Virus record (IMG/VR): IMGVR_UViG_3300019874_000003
Direction: 5' to 3' (one strand)
DNA length: 64,000 bases
From: an uncultured virus (IMG/VR IMGVR_UViG_3300019874_000003)
Lineage: Duplodnaviria; Heunggongvirae; Uroviricota; Caudoviricetes
This document shows positions 46,898 through 58,086 of the stretch, piece by piece; positions within the stretch are counted from its first letter, which is position 1, and the number at the start of each line of letters is the position of its first letter. Below the pieces are notes generated by a model that had not been told where the DNA came from, did no database searches, and saw only the letters and a program-made list of their open reading frames with translations. The position numbers and the translations under genes are program-made.

Positions 46898-47506
46898 CTA
46901 CTGATAGCGAGCGCGGCCAGAACCGACGAGGTTGGCGATGATCTCGCGGAAGTGCTGGTTGCACAGCGCCTGCGGGTTCCGGGTGCGACGTACAAGCGTC
47001 ACGAGATCGTCAGCACTCATCCTGGTCACGCGCGCGAGCGCCAAGCTTGCGACCAGCGCGGCCCGGTTGATGCCGGCGCTGCAGGTCACCAGAATGCGCT
47101 GACCGGCGCTGAGCGACTCGGCTACTGCCCTGGAGGTCATGAGAACCCGGGCGATCTGCCGCGGCTCGAGCCGGGCATCTGGGATCGGGCAGCGCACCGC
47201 CCGACCATGGAACGCCACGCGCTCTGGTTGTAGTTCCTGAGCACACAGCACCAGCATGTCGAAGTCTGGAAGGTCGCGGTCGAATGGTGGCTTGCCGCCG
47301 ACCCAGAGCCGCGTCGACACCTGAGAGGCGTCCAGCGTGTCCGTGGCGCTACCAGCCAGCTTCCGGCGGCGCTTCTCCGCGGAGACCCATCCGCCGCGCT
47401 GCGCGGCCGGCGCGAGCTCGTGACGACGGCAGAACAAGCTCCCGGGCAGCCGGGCATCGGGGCACATGGTGCGATCGCCAACGGGCGCGATGCACGTCTC
47501 GCTCAT
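46898..47506 (-). CDS. Dual-specificity/protein-tyrosine phosphatase-like protein
   Basis: RLWVGG...PIPD...ILVTCSAGINRAA (CX5R). Confidence 0.85.
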   Translation of the reverse strand: MSETCIAPVGDRTMCPDARLPGSLFCRRHELAPAAQRGGWVSAEKRRRKLAGSATDTLDASQVSTRLWVGGKPPFDRDLPDFDMLVLCAQELQPERVAFHGRAVRCPIPDARLEPRQIARVLMTSRAVAESLSAGQRILVTCSAGINRAALVASLALARVTRMSADDLVTLVRRTRNPQALCNQHFREIIANLVGSGRARYQ

Positions 47507-48369
47507 GCCGCGAGGGGTCGCTCAACGCCGTTGTGCCAGCACATCGGCGCGAACGTCTTGGGCCCGATAATCCCGTCCGCCGTCACCCCGACCATCGTCT
47601 GAAACGCCTTGATCCGCGTCGTCATGTCGGAGTTGAAGAGGCCGGTCGGCTTCATGCCCAGGCGGGTCTGCACCCACTTCACGCGCACGCTGATCTCACC
47701 CTGTGTCATCAGGTTGAAGCGCGAGATGTCGACCGTGTTCGAGAACCCGGGCACCGGAAGCGCATCTCCCTGGTATTGGTGCAGCCACCAGTTTCCCGGC
47801 CCCCAGGTCGGTGGGACGGTCGGATCGTACTGCCCCTGCTTGAAGGGCGCGAGTTGCGCTGTCGTGCGGATGTTCCATGGCCAAGGCTTCGCCAGCCACA
47901 GCGGGGAATCCGCCATCTCGCCGGCGGGGAGGCTGTTCAAGTTCTCCGACCACACGCGGGCGCTTGTATAGATCACCGGAGACGTCGCGTAGATCTTCCT
48001 CATCTCAAGCCAGGCTCGATGAACCCACTCGAGCTCGAGCTCGGCACCCATCCCGGTGTCCTCGACATCGATCACGGGAACCAGGTCGTGGTAGCGGAGC
48101 GCGCCCACGTTATCCGCGAACACGTGGACCTGACTCTCGGGCGACATGCCTTTGAGCGTGCGCAGGAACAGGTAGGCTCCGCAGGTGAGGCCGGCGTCGT
48201 GTGCGCGTATCCAGTCGCGTTGAACCGTCGAATCTGGCGAGGTTCCCCACGCGCCTCGGAAGATCGCGAACCCGGCGCTGGAACCTTGCGCGTGGCAAGC
48301 CCCCTTGAACTGCTCGAAGTCAGGCGGGGTGTTACCGTCCACGGACGCGTAATCGATGCCGATGATCAT
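47503..48369 (-). CDS. GH25 muramidase endolysin with C-terminal peptidoglycan-binding domain
   Basis: IGIDYAS, GAYLF, PVIDVED, PVIYTS, LWLA, HQY, VD; IKAFQ...ADGIIGPKT. Confidence 0.9.
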   Translation of the reverse strand: MIIGIDYASVDGNTPPDFEQFKGACHAQGSSAGFAIFRGAWGTSPDSTVQRDWIRAHDAGLTCGAYLFLRTLKGMSPESQVHVFADNVGALRYHDLVPVIDVEDTGMGAELELEWVHRAWLEMRKIYATSPVIYTSARVWSENLNSLPAGEMADSPLWLAKPWPWNIRTTAQLAPFKQGQYDPTVPPTWGPGNWWLHQYQGDALPVPGFSNTVDISRFNLMTQGEISVRVKWVQTRLGMKPTGLFNSDMTTRIKAFQTMVGVTADGIIGPKTFAPMCWHNGVERPLAA

Positions 48370-49005
48370 GTGGTCGTTCCGGTCCTGGCTAGCCGCCAGG
48401 CTGGCGTTGGGGCTACGGGCGAACCGGAAACGGAAGCTTGATGCCAGAGGTGCCAGCGCGGATCTCCGCGCAGCGCTTCATGAGCATCTGAGCCATCTCG
48501 ATCCATCGTGGGATCAGGTGCTCCGGAACGAAGGTCGTCTTCGTCGGGCCGTCCTCGTCATCCATCACCCGGAAGATGCCACAGGTCAGAGCGCCGTTGC
48601 GCCGCCGCTGGCTGATGATACCGGTGATCCCATCGGAGTTGCGGAGGGTCTCGAGGTCAACGAACGGACTGCGAGGAGCAGGCACAGCCGCAGGCGGCGG
48701 CGAGGTCACAGAACTCTTTTCCATGAGGTAGCGTAGCTAATCCGGACTCCGGAATCCACTAGGTAAGGGACATGACATTGCGCTGGGCGCTACGTGTAGC
48801 GTCGGGCTATAATTGCAAACCAATGTCGTCCGTACCCGTCACCGCTCTGTCCTCTCCGCTTCCCGTCCGGATGCCGTTCAAATACGTCCCGGCTCAGTCG
48901 TCGAAGAAATAGGGAGCTCGCCACCATGAAGACGAGACGGAAGGGACTGCCCGACCATAGAAGCCCGGTTCTCTGCCTACCGGGACGTCGCCATGTAGTA
49001 TCCCT

Positions 49006-49464
49006 ATGACGCAACGCCTTGTCGACATCGTGCGTGAGCTCGGCCGCAAGCTTGCCCACCGTGGGGTCTCCTGGAGCGCCGCCCTGCACGCCGCCGCACA
49101 CGAGACGCTGGTCGACCGGGTTACGCTGCGGATCGCCCAGGTCGAGCTCGGCAACGAATGGGCAGGGGAGATCTATGACAACGCGCGCGCCGAGGCGTCC
49201 GCCGGCCAGCCGGTCGAGATTGTCGTCGACGACGTCACCCAGACCAACGACATCATGAACACCGACCACATCTGTACCGAGACCGGCGTTACCCGGAGCG
49301 TCACCCTCAACCAACTGATCCTCCGGCTCGCTGCGATGCGCGACGCCGATGGCGACGTTGGGTCGATGAGGATCGTAGACGCCTCGGGCACAGACATTAC
49401 TGCGATCAACGTCGAACACAGCGGCGGCGAGGGCGACGATGCCTTCGTCGTTGCGCTACGCTGA
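49006..49464 (+). CDS. Hypothetical protein
   Basis: Natural composition. Confidence 0.45.
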   Translation: MTQRLVDIVRELGRKLAHRGVSWSAALHAAAHETLVDRVTLRIAQVELGNEWAGEIYDNARAEASAGQPVEIVVDDVTQTNDIMNTDHICTETGVTRSVTLNQLILRLAAMRDADGDVGSMRIVDASGTDITAINVEHSGGEGDDAFVVALR

Positions 49465-49719
49465 CCCAGGATGACCGACCCAAGACCCGCCACCTTCCCC
49501 GAGTTGCTGCTCGCGATCGCGGTGCTCGTTGGCCTGGGCGTAATCATCTGGGTACTTGCCCACGACAAGAACATCATGGACGATTGAGCCATGAGCGAAT
49601 TCAAACAGTACCGTCGCAAACAGATCGCAGAACTTCGCGCATGGGAACCCGGCGATGAGCCTATCTAAGGCTCTTAACGGTAGCCACGGCGCCTCGTGCC
49701 GTGGACTATTCAGACGATA

Positions 49720-50568
49720 TCATTCGAGCAATCCACTGACGAGTCCGGCCCCGATCACATCAAGCTCGTCTTGGGACACCGAGTCGACGTACCGGGCTGC
49801 GGTGTTCATCGACTCCCATCCCATGTACTTCTGGAGCTTCAAGATGGCCTGCGGGTCACCCTTGAGCTCCTTGAGGTAGTTCGTCGCGAAGGTGTGGCGG
49901 TACCGGTGGGGGTTCATCTTGAACACGCCGACCTTGTGCGCCGTCCTGCGTGCGGCCCGCCACACCTTCTTGCTGGCGATCTTCGGGTTCCCTGAGGTGC
50001 TGATGAGGTCCCGGACTCGCTCCCAGTCCTCGAACTCGACCAGGGCCTCGAGCTGCGGCCGGATGGGCGCTGCCGAGAACTCGAGCTGCTTCCTCCCCTT
50101 GCCCTCGTAGATGAGCTTGCCACTGGAAAGCGCGGCCTCCATCTCGGTGCGCTTCATGCGGAGGATGTCGCCAGACCGGAAGCCGCGAATCGCCATCAGC
50201 AGGAGTACATGGCGCATCGCCTCGTTCGTCATCTTGCAGGTCTGGATGTGCTTGATCACCTTCTTCCACTCGATGACCTCGAGCGGCAGCTTGATTCGCA
50301 CGCGCCGCGCCGGCGGGAGGCGGATGTCAGAAAGTCGCTTCGCCAGCTTCGTGTCATCTGAGTAGAGCGCCCATGCGCGAAGTGAAGCCAGGTTGGTGCG
50401 GAGGCTGTTCGGGGCCAGCTTGCCAGCGACCAAGCGGTGGGTCAGGCCATTCTTGTCAGCGACGCAACTGCGAAGGTTAGAGATGTACAGGGAGGCGGTA
50501 TCGACAGACCGGCCGCGCTCCAGAAGCCAGGACCGGAACTCATCGAGGTTCTTGTCTGAGATCTCCAC
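49720..50568 (-). CDS. Tyrosine recombinase/integrase
   Basis: GFRSGD (R), GKGRK (K), PHRYRHTFAT (HxxR), MGWES (W), RYV (Y). Probable GTG start at 50568. Confidence 0.92.
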   Translation of the reverse strand: MEISDKNLDEFRSWLLERGRSVDTASLYISNLRSCVADKNGLTHRLVAGKLAPNSLRTNLASLRAWALYSDDTKLAKRLSDIRLPPARRVRIKLPLEVIEWKKVIKHIQTCKMTNEAMRHVLLLMAIRGFRSGDILRMKRTEMEAALSSGKLIYEGKGRKQLEFSAAPIRPQLEALVEFEDWERVRDLISTSGNPKIASKKVWRAARRTAHKVGVFKMNPHRYRHTFATNYLKELKGDPQAILKLQKYMGWESMNTAARYVDSVSQDELDVIGAGLVSGLLE

Positions 50569-50589
50569 GCTTGCGATAGGATAGCACTC

Positions 50590-51966
50590 ATGAACGACAG
50601 CCGTGACGCCGTCATCATCGACATCATCAACGACGCCGCGCGCCAGGTCGCCACGGGACCTGGACGGAGAGTGGCGTGGATCCGAGACGTCTGGAACCAG
50701 ATCATCCGCAACGGCAAGTCCGGTGGGATGCCGTACGAGGACTTCAAGCACGATCTCGAGCGGCTGTACCGCGCAAGGAAGATCTCCTTGGCGCCAAGGC
50801 CAACCGTCCGCGGTCTCCAGTCGATAGAGGCGGATGAGTCCGAGCTCGACATCGATGGCCGGCTGCTCTACCTGATCAACATCCCCGAAGAACATCAGCG
50901 CAGCAAGCCGCGGCCGGCACAAGCTGGGGATTTCGCCAACAGCGTGCTCGAGATCGCGCGCAGCGTGGGTCCCGGCTTCGGCGACCGGAGGGTGTTCATC
51001 GGCGACATCTGGGCACAGGCACAACACGTTCCTGAGTTCCGCGCGATGGGCGATCAGGAGTTCAAGCGTCGGCTGATCGCCGCGCACCAGGCAAGCCAAC
51101 TTGTCTTGTCGCGCGCGGACCTCGTCAGTGCGATGGATCCTGACAAGGTCGCTGCCTCGGAGACCGTCGGCAATGGAGCGACGTTCCACTTCGTCAATAT
51201 CGAGCCGGTGAAGCGTAGGAACCCAGCACGCCGGCCAGGCAAGAAGTCCCTTCCACTTGTGCGTAACCCGCCAAAGTGGGTGTCCGAGATGATCGCCGGT
51301 TCCTACGAGACGCTTGAAGACACAGTGCCCCCCCGGTGGCTACCCAAGCTCACCAACATCGAGAGCCTGGGATCCGGGATCGCTGGCGATACCAAGGAGT
51401 ACGGCTGCGGTGCTTACGGTTGCGTGTTCCCGACGATGGATGAGCACGTCGTGATGAAGGTTACGCACGACGATACTGAAGCGGAGTTCGCAGCCCGGAT
51501 GTCAGCTACGCTCGTCGCGCCGATCTGCGTCAAATACCACCTAGTCCTAAAGCTCGACGCGGAGCATGACGGCCACGGCGTCTACCTGCTCTGGCGGGAC
51601 AGTGCCTCGTGGGTGGGGGATCTCGACGCATACCTCGACGAGAAGTTCGATGACCCCAATGCCGGCGACGAGTTCACGCGGCTCGTCAACAGCCAACACG
51701 ACGCCGCGAAAATGGCGATGGTCGCCCTCCACCGCAACTCGCCGCCGAACGTGTACAAGCCGCTCCTCAACCGCTGGGAGCGCATGCTGCGCAAGATGGC
51801 AGAACAGGACGACATCCCGCAGTTGGCCGAGTTGGCTGCTGGCATGCTGGAGGTCTACCTCGAGCAGCACATCGCCATCCTGGACGTCCACTCCGGAAAC
51901 ATCGGGATGGTCGGAGACAGGTGGGTCATCACCGACCCCGGTCACGTCGTCGTCATCGAACAGTGA
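50590..51966 (+). CDS. Multidomain protein: tandem duplicated domain, RRNP linker, protein-kinase-like domain
   Basis: YGCGAYGCVF, VVMKVT...E, DVHSGNIG, ITDPG; linker KRRNPARR...VRNP. Confidence 0.75.
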   Translation: MNDSRDAVIIDIINDAARQVATGPGRRVAWIRDVWNQIIRNGKSGGMPYEDFKHDLERLYRARKISLAPRPTVRGLQSIEADESELDIDGRLLYLINIPEEHQRSKPRPAQAGDFANSVLEIARSVGPGFGDRRVFIGDIWAQAQHVPEFRAMGDQEFKRRLIAAHQASQLVLSRADLVSAMDPDKVAASETVGNGATFHFVNIEPVKRRNPARRPGKKSLPLVRNPPKWVSEMIAGSYETLEDTVPPRWLPKLTNIESLGSGIAGDTKEYGCGAYGCVFPTMDEHVVMKVTHDDTEAEFAARMSATLVAPICVKYHLVLKLDAEHDGHGVYLLWRDSASWVGDLDAYLDEKFDDPNAGDEFTRLVNSQHDAAKMAMVALHRNSPPNVYKPLLNRWERMLRKMAEQDDIPQLAELAAGMLEVYLEQHIAILDVHSGNIGMVGDRWVITDPGHVVVIEQ

Positions 51967-52496
51967 AGCAGTCGCTGAGCAGCATCGTTCTCCGCTCTCG
52001 CCGCCGGGCTTGCGCTCCTAGCGTAGTCTGTTCGATGTCACGCTACCAGTAGCGGGATCGCCATCCACTGCGCACCTGAACAGCGAGCAGACAATTTCGC
52101 ACATCGTGACGGCAGCGCACAATTCGCCAACCGATTCGACGTGATCGGTTACCTTCTTCGACATGTGGCGATGCCGATCTTGGGTCTCCTACTTCCAGGC
52201 AGCTCTCGAAAAAGCGTTTGAGCAGGCGGTGGAAGAGGAGGAGGCCCAGGCCACGGATGACTACTGGCGGACGTCGATCTACGACGACCGCAACTTTCCA
52301 GCGGCCCTTGATCCTGATTCTGGGTTCTCGGGCGGAGATTAGAGATGCCCCGCATGCACGGCTATCGCGGTCCCTTGGTGATTATTCTGGTTTCTCCCCC
52401 ATCAACCGTAACCATACAAAGCCTGCCCCATACACCGCCCATGCCGCTGCATGACGACTTCCCGGTTGCGCGGGTTGTTCGCTGGAGCGGAAAGAG

Positions 52497-53009
52497 GTGA
52501 CAGCGTTTCGTGTTCCCCATCCAGCGGAGGGTTCACCGGCGGAGGGAGATGAGATCGCCTGGCGACGCGAACTGAAACAGTTGCGCACGCGTGTCGTACA
52601 ACTCGAGGCAGAGCGCGGCCTCAGACAGTCGCCATCGATCGAGGTTACACACAGCAAGGTACACGGCTTTCAATGCGGAAGTCCGCCTCATGTCACGGTG
52701 ATTGAAGAAGAGAATCGCGTCGAATGTGTGGCGTGCGGAGCGGGACTACAAGCCATCAGCGTCCTCCTCGATTACGCCAGGCACGAGCGCGACTTTTGCT
52801 ACTCGCTAGAACATCTTCGCAAAGAGCGAAGAGATATCTCTGTTGAGATTGCGAAGCTCAAGTCGCTTCGCACGCGATTACGCGCCGATGCGCGCAAATT
52901 GCTTCCCGCACCACCGCCCTGCGATCGAAAATGGGACCGGGACATGGTCGCAAACTACGAGCTCGACAAGGTGCTGGCGCGCGAAAAGCTGCCATCAGGA
53001 GACTCGTGA
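52497..53009 (+). CDS. Zn-finger plus coiled-coil hypothetical protein
   Basis: C...H...VECVACG followed by a coiled coil. Confidence 0.5.
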   Translation: MTAFRVPHPAEGSPAEGDEIAWRRELKQLRTRVVQLEAERGLRQSPSIEVTHSKVHGFQCGSPPHVTVIEEENRVECVACGAGLQAISVLLDYARHERDFCYSLEHLRKERRDISVEIAKLKSLRTRLRADARKLLPAPPPCDRKWDRDMVANYELDKVLAREKLPSGDS

Positions 53010-54130
53010 CTGCCTTCACTCGAATCGGATCATCGCTGTGGGACTGGGAGCCGTGGACCACGCTTCCAGGCAGCGATGCTAGACTTCTGTGGCTTGCCCT
53101 TTTCACGTCAGGCGAGGCCAAACGCCACGTACCTGGACTGTGGCAAGGCGGGATCCCGATGATGGCTGACGCCGCGCGCATGGCTCCTGATCAGGTACTC
53201 GGAGCGCTCGATAACCTGCTCGATCGCGAGCTCGTCGAGTACGACCCGAAGTTTCGCGTGCTCCGGCTGTGCACGCTACCGGACGCCGGTGAATACCCAT
53301 CGAACGGCCGCGTGATCCGCGGCTGGTGGACTAAATTCAAGACGGTCCCGGAATGCGGCGTGCGCGACGCGCACGTCAACACGCTCCGCTGGATCATGAC
53401 CCATGGCGCCCTCGTTTCTGGCAAGCTGGTGACCGCAGACCACCAGAGCACGTGGGACGAGACGTTTGGTCGGATTGCAATTCCTACTCCAAGGCGGCGT
53501 GGGGTTCGACGTCTGGCTGACTCCGACACGAGCACACATGCTCAGGCATCGCTGTTTACACCCTCACGGATAGCTCTGCCTCCCGTGAGAGATCAGCGAT
53601 CTTCTGGTGAACTAGGTTATCCACAGGAGGGTGTGGATTCTGTGGATAACTCTGCTGTATTGCGTCAACTGAACGAAAACAAGGGTCCGGAAACGGTATA
53701 CGAAACGGTATCCGATACCGTATCGTATACCCACAGGATCCCGGATCCCGGATCCCGGATCCCGGATCCTTCTTTTCTTTCCGGATCCGGAGAGGGGGGA
53801 TGGGGGGGAGGGCACGAATCTGGCAAGCCACGGTTCACCCTGGTGCCGCCGTACAGCGCAACCCAGGTTCTTAACGAGCTCGCTCAGGGACCGTGGGACA
53901 AATCGCTCGATTCTGGCTGCCAGGAGGCCGTAGGAGCGATGATTCCGGGTTGGGCATCATCGGGCGTCACCGGCGCCGATTTTCGCGTCCTAGCGGAGTA
54001 CAACGCGCATACGAATCGCCGGTGGAATGCGCGCTTTCTGCTTGGGTGCGACATCCTGGCGGAGATCGCAACAGCCAAGAAGGTCCTTGACTGGCGGGAC
54101 GAACGTGCTGCGGCTATGCTCCGAACCTGA
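53006..54130 (+). CDS. Putative replication initiator (N-terminal wHTH-like domain)
   Basis: LWD..W..L..DARLLWLALFT...PGLW...ALDNLLDRELVEYD pattern of phage initiators; origin-like repeats in the linker. Confidence 0.6.
   Translation: MTAFTRIGSSLWDWEPWTTLPGSDARLLWLALFTSGEAKRHVPGLWQGGIPMMADAARMAPDQVLGALDNLLDRELVEYDPKFRVLRLCTLPDAGEYPSNGRVIRGWWTKFKTVPECGVRDAHVNTLRWIMTHGALVSGKLVTADHQSTWDETFGRIAIPTPRRRGVRRLADSDTSTHAQASLFTPSRIALPPVRDQRSSGELGYPQEGVDSVDNSAVLRQLNENKGPETVYETVSDTVSYTHRIPDPGSRIPDPSFLSGSGEGGWGGGHESGKPRFTLVPPYSATQVLNELAQGPWDKSLDSGCQEAVGAMIPGWASSGVTGADFRVLAEYNAHTNRRWNARFLLGCDILAEIATAKKVLDWRDERAAAMLRT
53617..53770. promoter_or_regulatory. Putative replication origin: DnaA boxes plus iteron-like repeats
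   Basis: TTATCCACA at 53617 and TGTGGATAA at 53641; GAAACGGTAT x2 plus a variant (53690-53725); GGATCC[CT] x5 (53736-53770). Confidence 0.7.
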
Positions 54131-56011
54131 TGTTGGTCCACGGCTCGAGCTTGTTGGACTTCGCGTAGGAGATTTGAGATGATTACCGACGAGATGAGAC
54201 GTCTAGCGGAACGAGCCATCGACGCCGCGAAAGCGGATGTCGCGGCTCGCGTGAAGGCTGGCGCTCGGTTGATCAACCCGAGCATCGCTGCAGATCAAGC
54301 GCAGATTGAGCGCAACCGCGTGGCGCTCGAAGCGGCCATGCCAGGCGTCGACGAGCTTATTGATCGTGCGCTCGACGAAGAGAAGCCATGAGGCAGGTCG
54401 TCGAGTCATTGCTTCGCTATCACGCGGTGAGCGATGCCGATGCGGTCGGTATCCGTGAGGACTTCGTGGAGCGCGCGGCGATCTACGAGTACCTGGGCGA
54501 GTTCGATCGTTCCGGTGCCGAGTTATGGGCGATGCACGACGTCGAGCGGACGATGAAGTTGGTGGGCACCCGTCCTCCTCGTCCTCCTACTCCGCTCCGC
54601 AAGGCGTTTGCTCACCACGCCGACAAACGTCGGAGGTGACATGGCGGCGACGTGCGCGGCGTGCATGCTGCCGATTCTGGAGCGCTCTCGCCTGGTCGTG
54701 ATGGAGACCGAGGTGCTGCACAGGCAATGTGTCGGCCAGATCACGGAGTTGTGGCGCGCAAAGCAGAACGTGGCCAAGGCCCATCAGGCTGCCACGGAGG
54801 CCGTTTCTGCGCTCCGACGTTCGGTTGCAGCATCCGAGACTGCCCTCCGGTTGCAACAAGAAGCGGTGGAGGCGCTCAAGCGCGCAAGCATCAGTCAGGT
54901 ATCTGCGGAGTCCCGGTGCCGTCTAGCCGAGCGTGCGCTTGAGCAGGAGAAGTCGCGCGGCGACGCTCTTCAGGCTCGTCTTGCCGCGGCGCCCATCCCT
55001 ATCCCGGCGCCGGTTCAGGAACCTGTAGTCACTCCGGAGCGAGATCCAGTCGTCGATGCCGCGCTCGATTCCGCCGAGGCGAGGTTCGCCATGTTGGACC
55101 TCGACTGAACGTCCTTGACACCATGCTCGTTCCGTAGCACAAACGTATACGAGACGTCGTGGTGGATGGCACGAGCGGAATTCTCCGATCGAGCAAAGCC
55201 AACTCATCTACCGCGGCGTCTCTCTACTGAGATCTGAGATGGCAAAAACAACCAGGCAGCTACTCGCCGACGCCCACCAGAAGGCTCGTGACCTGAGCAA
55301 CGAACTCCATCTTGCCAAGCAGGGTAACCTACCCCTACGCGGCGAGGTGGTCGGCCTTACCAGCGAGCGCGATTTGCTTGTTCTCAAGGTGAAGTCGCTC
55401 ATCACGCTCAACGAGCACTACCGCCACGCGCTGACCGGTCTGGTAGAATTGCTCCACGTCCTTGCCGGTGGCAAGACATGATGATCGAGCTTGAGTTCCC
55501 CCTCTCGGAAGGAGGAGCGTGGGCGTCTTTGGGTTCGATATCCGTGCCTGACACGCTCCAGCCGCCAGCCATTGGCCAGTGTGTCGAAGTCAAGCTTGAT
55601 GGGCGGGCAGGCGTCTTTTACATAGAGTCATATCACTGGAGGATTGAGAACTTCCTACCAGGATGCGCTGAGCTGACGATGATAGCGAGGCTATCGAGTA
55701 GCCTTGCTGGACTGCCTTCGCGGCGGCGCCGGTGAGCAAGTCATGAGGATCCGGTTCGAGTTCAACGACTACAAATTCAGTTGGCCGACGTTCGAGTTGC
55801 CGGATTCCCATCCACTGCCGAGCGCCGGAATGCTTCTGGATCTCGATCTGCAAGAGTCGCCGAGCAGGATTACCCCAGCGGTAGTTGGGAACTTCCGAGT
55901 TGTATCATCCTACTGGCAGATGGGCGGCACCCCGGGGTCCATGTTCACCGTTCTTGTGTGTCATCTCGCCCAGGAGGGCGATTTTGAGCCCCGCAAGAAT
56001 GGGCAGCGCCG

Positions 56012-56527
56012 GTGAGTACCTCCGATTGGTGGTGCTCGCCGCCGGAAATCGCGAAACCACTCGAGGAGTTCTTCGATGGCCCGGTCGACTTCGATCCGTG
56101 CTCAAACGACCGCTCGGTCATTCGCGCACGGAAGGCGCTTACCACTGGCGGTCTCGTGCTCCCCTGGCGGATTGCGAAGCCGGTGAACTGGGGCGTGTAC
56201 CAGAACGATCCGTATTCGCAGGCTGGCATCTGGACGGACAAGATGCTGCTTGAGATCAAGATCGGTAACGTCCGTGAGCTTGTTCGGCTCTCGATGCTGC
56301 AGCCGTCATGTCGGTGGTGGGGGCGGATGTGCAATGAGCCCGAGCGCAACCCGAGAATACTCGTCACGAGACGCCTCTCGTTTCTAGATCCGGATGCCAT
56401 CGAGGCTGGGCAGAAACGGCAGTCCTGTCGATTCGAGCCGGCGCTCACGTATATCGGACCGCGTGTTGAGAAGTTCGACGCGGTATTTCGCCACCTGACG
56501 CGGTGGTCAGCCTGGGGGAGATCGTGA
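56012..56527 (+). CDS. Phage-type N6-adenine DNA methyltransferase-like protein
   Basis: DWWCSPPEI...VDFDPCS...GLVLPW...VYQNDPYS (NPPY variant)...RRLSF. Confidence 0.75.
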   Translation: MSTSDWWCSPPEIAKPLEEFFDGPVDFDPCSNDRSVIRARKALTTGGLVLPWRIAKPVNWGVYQNDPYSQAGIWTDKMLLEIKIGNVRELVRLSMLQPSCRWWGRMCNEPERNPRILVTRRLSFLDPDAIEAGQKRQSCRFEPALTYIGPRVEKFDAVFRHLTRWSAWGRS

Positions 56528-56995
56528 GCCGACCGAATACGGTGTTCGTGGAAGCAGCGCTCCTTGAAGAGGCGGCTGTCCCTGTCGGAATCGAGAATGA
56601 CGACGACCCGTGGGGAGAGGTCGATTCCCATAAGTGGGAGATCCGCAAGTTGCCGGATGGCGTCCTGGCACTGCAACTATCCGAGCCCGTCCTGATAGTT
56701 GATCGCAAGCCAACGGCGACGGACACCGAGAGCACCGACCTGCTACTGATGATGATGGTTGATGCGTGCTGCAGTCCGGGATTCGAGGAGGAGCCTACGG
56801 CGCGTAGTTGGTACGCTGATATCCCGCCTGCGAAGGAGATCCCTCCGCAGGTGAGGCATCGGCGGCTGGTGGCAAGGAGATCGACGTGAGTTGTGGAGAC
56901 CTGATGATCAAGCTCAGCGAGTTGGGGGCCGCGCGCGTCGAGTCCGCTCTGCGCGGCGAGCTCAAGGCGGCCCTCGACAGTTGGAAGGTTGGAGC

Positions 56996-57066
56996 ATGAG
57001 CGACAAGACCGGCATCGAGTGGACGGACGCCACCTGGAATCCAGTGCGCGGCTGCTCGCGCCCGCC
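56996..57066 (+). pseudogene. N-terminal remnant of a gp37/gp68-family (DUF5131) gene
   Basis: MSDKTGIEWTDATWNPVRGCSR, after which similarity stops and the frame runs into the next gene. Confidence 0.7.
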
Positions 57067-57082
57067 ATCTCGAGCTTGTTCG

Positions 57083-57402
57083 ATGAAGCGCGCATCGAAG
57101 TACAAGCGCCGGCCTCGTGACCTACATTACATGGCATGGATCCGTCGCCAGCCGTGCGCTGCTCGTGCGCTCACCGAGGGCCTCGCGCATACCTGCGATG
57201 GTTCAGTGGAGGCCGATCACGCTGGCAGGCGCTGCGTTGGGCAGAAGGCCGAGGATCGCACGTGCATCCCTCTGTGCTCTCACCATCACGCGCAGCGCGC
57301 GAGCTTCCATGGGGTATTCAAATCTTGGAACCAGGCCAAGATGCGCGCATGGCTGACCGCACTGGTTCTCAAGTATCAACTCATGTACGACCTGGAGCAT
57401 CA

Positions 57403-57406
<4 letters not shown>
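57083..57406 (+). CDS. HNH-like Zn nuclease (DUF968/Ref-like)
   Basis: YMAWIRRQPC...EADH...GQKAEDRTCIPLCSHHH. Confidence 0.7.

Positions 57407-58086
<680 letters not shown>

Noticed and set aside
49720..51189. 489-aa version of the integrase
   Set aside because: The N-terminal ~200 aa are antisense to the kinase-containing gene; the real start is probably GTG 50568.
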